A stretch of 64,000 nucleotides of DNA from Dehalococcoidia bacterium. GTDB lineage: Bacteria; Chloroflexota; Dehalococcoidia; Bin125. Below the pieces are notes generated by a model, which was not told the origin of the DNA, searched no databases, and saw nothing but the letters and a program-made list of their open reading frames with translations. Position 1 is the first letter of the stretch. The number at the start of each line of letters is the position of its first letter. The stretch is from positions 864,001 to 928,000 of the forward strand of contig CAXXSR010000001.1 in the NCBI GenBank assembly GCA_963662615.2, in the 5' to 3' direction. The position numbers and the translations under genes were made by a program. Positions 60,961-64,000 of this stretch are shown here, piece by piece.

Positions 60961-61462
60961 AGGAGCGCAGAGAGTTGCGGGCGCCTCTCGATTCGGTCGG
61001 TGCGGGAGCGGCCAGGGCTGGCTCCCCCCGGCTCTTCTACCTCATCGCAAACAGTGTCTTCTCCAGACTCTCGGACATGGCCGCCGGTCTGCTCCCTACG
61101 AGAAGCAGCTGCTCCGCTCGTCCATGGACTGAGAGCCTGACTCCTCTGGGTTCTCCCAGCGGGAGCCTACCACAGTATCCCAACACAGCAGGGTCCCTCT
61201 ATTGGACCGTTGTGCCTCTCCTCAGTATTCTCTTACTGGGAAGTCTGGCGCTAAGCATTACCAAGTTCCTGAAACGAGCGAGCGAACATTCCGGGCCTCA
61301 ATGGGGCGCGGTTGCTCGGGTTCGAAGCACCTGCGGACAAGCTCTAGCCGAGCGTTGGATTCGACCTCGAATCGAGGGCACTAGGCTGATACAGTTTGAA
61401 GTAGCCGAAGCATCCCGGATAGTGTGTTGGTGCGACACGCGCGGGAGGCTAAGGAGGACTCG

Positions 61463-62566
61463 ATGCTTGATCTATCGGAGCGCAGCCGCTGCGTGCTGTT
61501 CGCGCTGGTCGTAGCGCTGGCGACATTCGCCGTCGCGGCCTGCAGCAGCGACGGGGGCGCCGGCGCCGGGGAGCGTGGCGACACCCTAGCGGCGGTGATC
61601 GACCGCGGAGAGCTGAAGTGCGGCGTCAAGCAGACGCAGCCGCTGTTCGGGTTCAGGGAAGCCGACGGCGCCGTCGCCGGCTTCGACGTTGAGTTCTGTA
61701 AAGCCATCGCAGCAGCCGCGCTCGGCGACGCAGACGCCCTGGAGTTGGTCGACGCGTCGGATGCCTCCACCCGCTTTGAGCTGCTCGCGGACGGCGAGAT
61801 CGACGTGCTGATCCGCACGACGACGATTACCGCCTCGCGCGACCGCGAGCTCAACGTGGACTTCGCGCAGACCACCTTCTACACGGGCCAGGGCTTCGCG
61901 GCGCACGCGGGCTCCGGGATCGCCTCGACCGCCGACATGGGCGGCGCGACGATCTGCGTGCAGTCGGGGACCACCACCGAGCAGAACCTGGCGGACCACT
62001 TCACCGATCTCGGCCTGAGCTACACGCCGATCGGCGGGGGCGACCAGGAGACGCAGGACGCCTTCATTGCGGGCCGCTGCGACGTTTGGACAGCGGACCA
62101 GAGCAACCTCGCGTCGCGGCTCGGTGTGCTGTCGAACGCCAGCGACTTCCTCATCCTGGGGGAGCTGATCTCCAAGGAGCCGCTGGCGCCGGGCGTTCGC
62201 GACTACGACAGCGAGTGGAAAGACGTCGTCAATTGGGTCGTGCACGGCCTGATCGCGGCGGAAGAGCTGGGGATCACCCAGGGCAACGTGGCCGGGCTGG
62301 CGGCGGACCCGCCGAACACGACGGTTGCGCGGCTGCTCGGTGTTCCCTTTGGGGGCGGCAGCGTGAGCACGCTGGGCTTCGATGGGGTAGACGCGCAGTT
62401 CATCCAACGCGCGATTGCCGCGGTCGGGAACTACGGTGAGATCTACGCCACCACGGTGGGCGACGCCATCCCGCGGGCTTGTTCGCTCAACGCCCTCGCG
62501 AGCGAGGACAAGCGCAACTGCCCGCCCGGCACCGGTGGTATTCAGTACGCGCTGCCGTATCGCTAG
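61463..62566 (+). CDS. general L-amino acid ABC substrate-binding lipoprotein (AapJ/BztA-like)
   Basis: AAGGAGG RBS, VAAC lipobox, GFDVEFC, ISKEPL, VGNYGE. Confidence 0.9.
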   Translation: MLDLSERSRCVLFALVVALATFAVAACSSDGGAGAGERGDTLAAVIDRGELKCGVKQTQPLFGFREADGAVAGFDVEFCKAIAAAALGDADALELVDASDASTRFELLADGEIDVLIRTTTITASRDRELNVDFAQTTFYTGQGFAAHAGSGIASTADMGGATICVQSGTTTEQNLADHFTDLGLSYTPIGGGDQETQDAFIAGRCDVWTADQSNLASRLGVLSNASDFLILGELISKEPLAPGVRDYDSEWKDVVNWVVHGLIAAEELGITQGNVAGLAADPPNTTVARLLGVPFGGGSVSTLGFDGVDAQFIQRAIAAVGNYGEIYATTVGDAIPRACSLNALASEDKRNCPPGTGGIQYALPYR

Positions 62567-62592
62567 GCCCACTGGGGTCTGAAACGCCTGCA

Positions 62593-62626
62593 GGGGGGGC
62601 TCGTCCACAATGGGGCGGGCCCTTCT
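62593..62626 (+). terminator. intercistronic GC-rich hairpin (terminator or mRNA stabiliser)
   Basis: GGGCTCGTCC-ACAAT-GGGGCGGGCCC; weak U tract. Confidence 0.4.
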
Positions 62627-62689
62627 CGCGTCTCCACCACTAGTCGCGCCGCGGGTCTAACCCCGCACCCACGCGGTAAGCTGTCAAAC

Positions 62690-63880
62690 ATGTCCGCCGC
62701 CCAACCCACCAATAGCCGTGTGCCGATCGTTTATCGGCGCGGCTTTCGCCGGCTGCTTACGCAGGGCGCCTACGTCGCCGCTACCGCGATCGTGTTCGCG
62801 TATGTGTTCGCCTCGCTCGACCTGCGCGAGTTCAGCTTCAGTTTTCTCAACGACCCGGCTGGCTTCGCGGTCGGCAGCCAATGGCTGACCGACGTCGATG
62901 GCGTCACCAATTCGCGGTTCACGATGTACCTGGTTGGCGTCTGGTCGACGATCCGCGTCGTGCTCGTCGCCATCCTACTGGCCACGGTCCTCGGCGTCGT
63001 CGTTGGCGTGGCACGGCTCTCCTCGAACTGGCTCATCGCCCGCCTGGCGATGATCTTCGTCGAAGCCTTTCGCAACACGCCGCTGCTCATCCAAGTGGTG
63101 CTGTGGTACGCGATCCTCTTGGTCGGCGCACCGAGGATCGAGAACGTCATCAACGTCGGCGACTCCTTCCTCCTTTCAGGGCGGGGGGTCGCCATCCCCT
63201 GGCCGGTCCCCAGCGCGGGGCTGTGGGGCGTACCCGACTGGTTCGTCGGTGTCTGGGTAGCCGTGCTGCTGGTCCTGGGCTACGTCGCGCTGCGGGTGCG
63301 TGCCAGTCGACAGCGTCGGGAACGTGAGATCGGCCAGCCGCTCAACGCCAACCGCTGGGCCGTCGGGCTGTTCGCGGTCGGCGCCGTCATTTCCTTCCTC
63401 GTGCTGGGCGCGCCGGTCAGCGTCGACCGGCCGATCATCGAAGGCACCCATTATATCGAGGGAATGGTGGTCAACCCCGAGTTCGCCGCGCTGGTGCTCG
63501 GCCTCACGATGTATACTGGAGCGTTCATCGCTGAGATCGTCCGCAGCAGCATCCAGGCGCTGCCGCGGGGCCAGACGGAAGCCGCGAAGGCCGTGGGGCT
63601 CGGCGGATATCAGCGCCTCACGCTGATCATCCTGCCGCAGGCCCTGCGCCAGATGATCCCCTCGGTGACCAACCAGTTCCTCAACGTCAACAAGAACTCC
63701 TCCCTGGCTTACGCGGTGCTGTACGACGATCTCTTTCGCGTCGCTACGATCGTTCAGAACAAAGCCGGCCACGCGCTGGAGATGTTCGTCGTCATCATCA
63801 TCACCTACATGCTGATCTCATTTCTGATTTCTGCGGTGATGAACTTCTTCAACGCGCGCATGACCGCGCACCAGGTGTAA
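62690..63880 (+). CDS. amino acid ABC permease (AapQ/BztB-like)
   Basis: RLSSNWL, FRNTPLL, AFIAEIVR, GQTEAA, KNSSLA. Confidence 0.9.
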   Translation: MSAAQPTNSRVPIVYRRGFRRLLTQGAYVAATAIVFAYVFASLDLREFSFSFLNDPAGFAVGSQWLTDVDGVTNSRFTMYLVGVWSTIRVVLVAILLATVLGVVVGVARLSSNWLIARLAMIFVEAFRNTPLLIQVVLWYAILLVGAPRIENVINVGDSFLLSGRGVAIPWPVPSAGLWGVPDWFVGVWVAVLLVLGYVALRVRASRQRREREIGQPLNANRWAVGLFAVGAVISFLVLGAPVSVDRPIIEGTHYIEGMVVNPEFAALVLGLTMYTGAFIAEIVRSSIQALPRGQTEAAKAVGLGGYQRLTLIILPQALRQMIPSVTNQFLNVNKNSSLAYAVLYDDLFRVATIVQNKAGHALEMFVVIIITYMLISFLISAVMNFFNARMTAHQV

Positions 63881-63894
63881 GGGGGGGGTTGCGC

Positions 63895-64000
63895 ATGGCC
63901 GAGATGCCCTTCCCACAGAAGCGCCGGATCGTGCTGCCCCCATACCGGCAACGGGCGCGCCGGCCGCGGTCGGTCCGAGCGCGCGAATGGGTGCGGCGCA
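63895..64000 (+). CDS. probable second permease (AapM-like), runs off the window
   Basis: ATG just after the permease; operon context only. Confidence 0.45.
   Translation, partial: MAEMPFPQKRRIVLPPYRQRARRPRSVRAREWVRR

Overview
High-GC bacterial window, probably Chloroflexota/Dehalococcoidia-like (inferred from gene content). About 1-28 kb is core-type: DinG helicase, CCA-adding enzyme, rnc-smc-ftsY, an orphan NuoE/NuoF-like pair, mutS-mutL, acyl-CoA synthetase, a 2-oxoacid dehydrogenase E1a/E1b/E2 operon and a PanE-like reductase. Many of these genes carry short in-frame tandem duplications. About 28-61 kb is a mosaic plasticity zone: a probable CxxU selenoprotein split by the ORF track, a coupled pair of tyrosine recombinases (one apparently catalytically dead), orphan ABC substrate-binding proteins, a 1181-bp near-perfect duplication, tRNA-Leu, three 3'-half tRNA att scars, an integrase, vapBC, a sortase-anchored surface protein and many IS3/IS6 relics. 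An aap/bzt-type amino-acid ABC operon starts at about 61.4 kb. The most striking pattern is that the decayed IS copies carry almost only A:T->C:G transversions. All calls are by eye; no searches were run.
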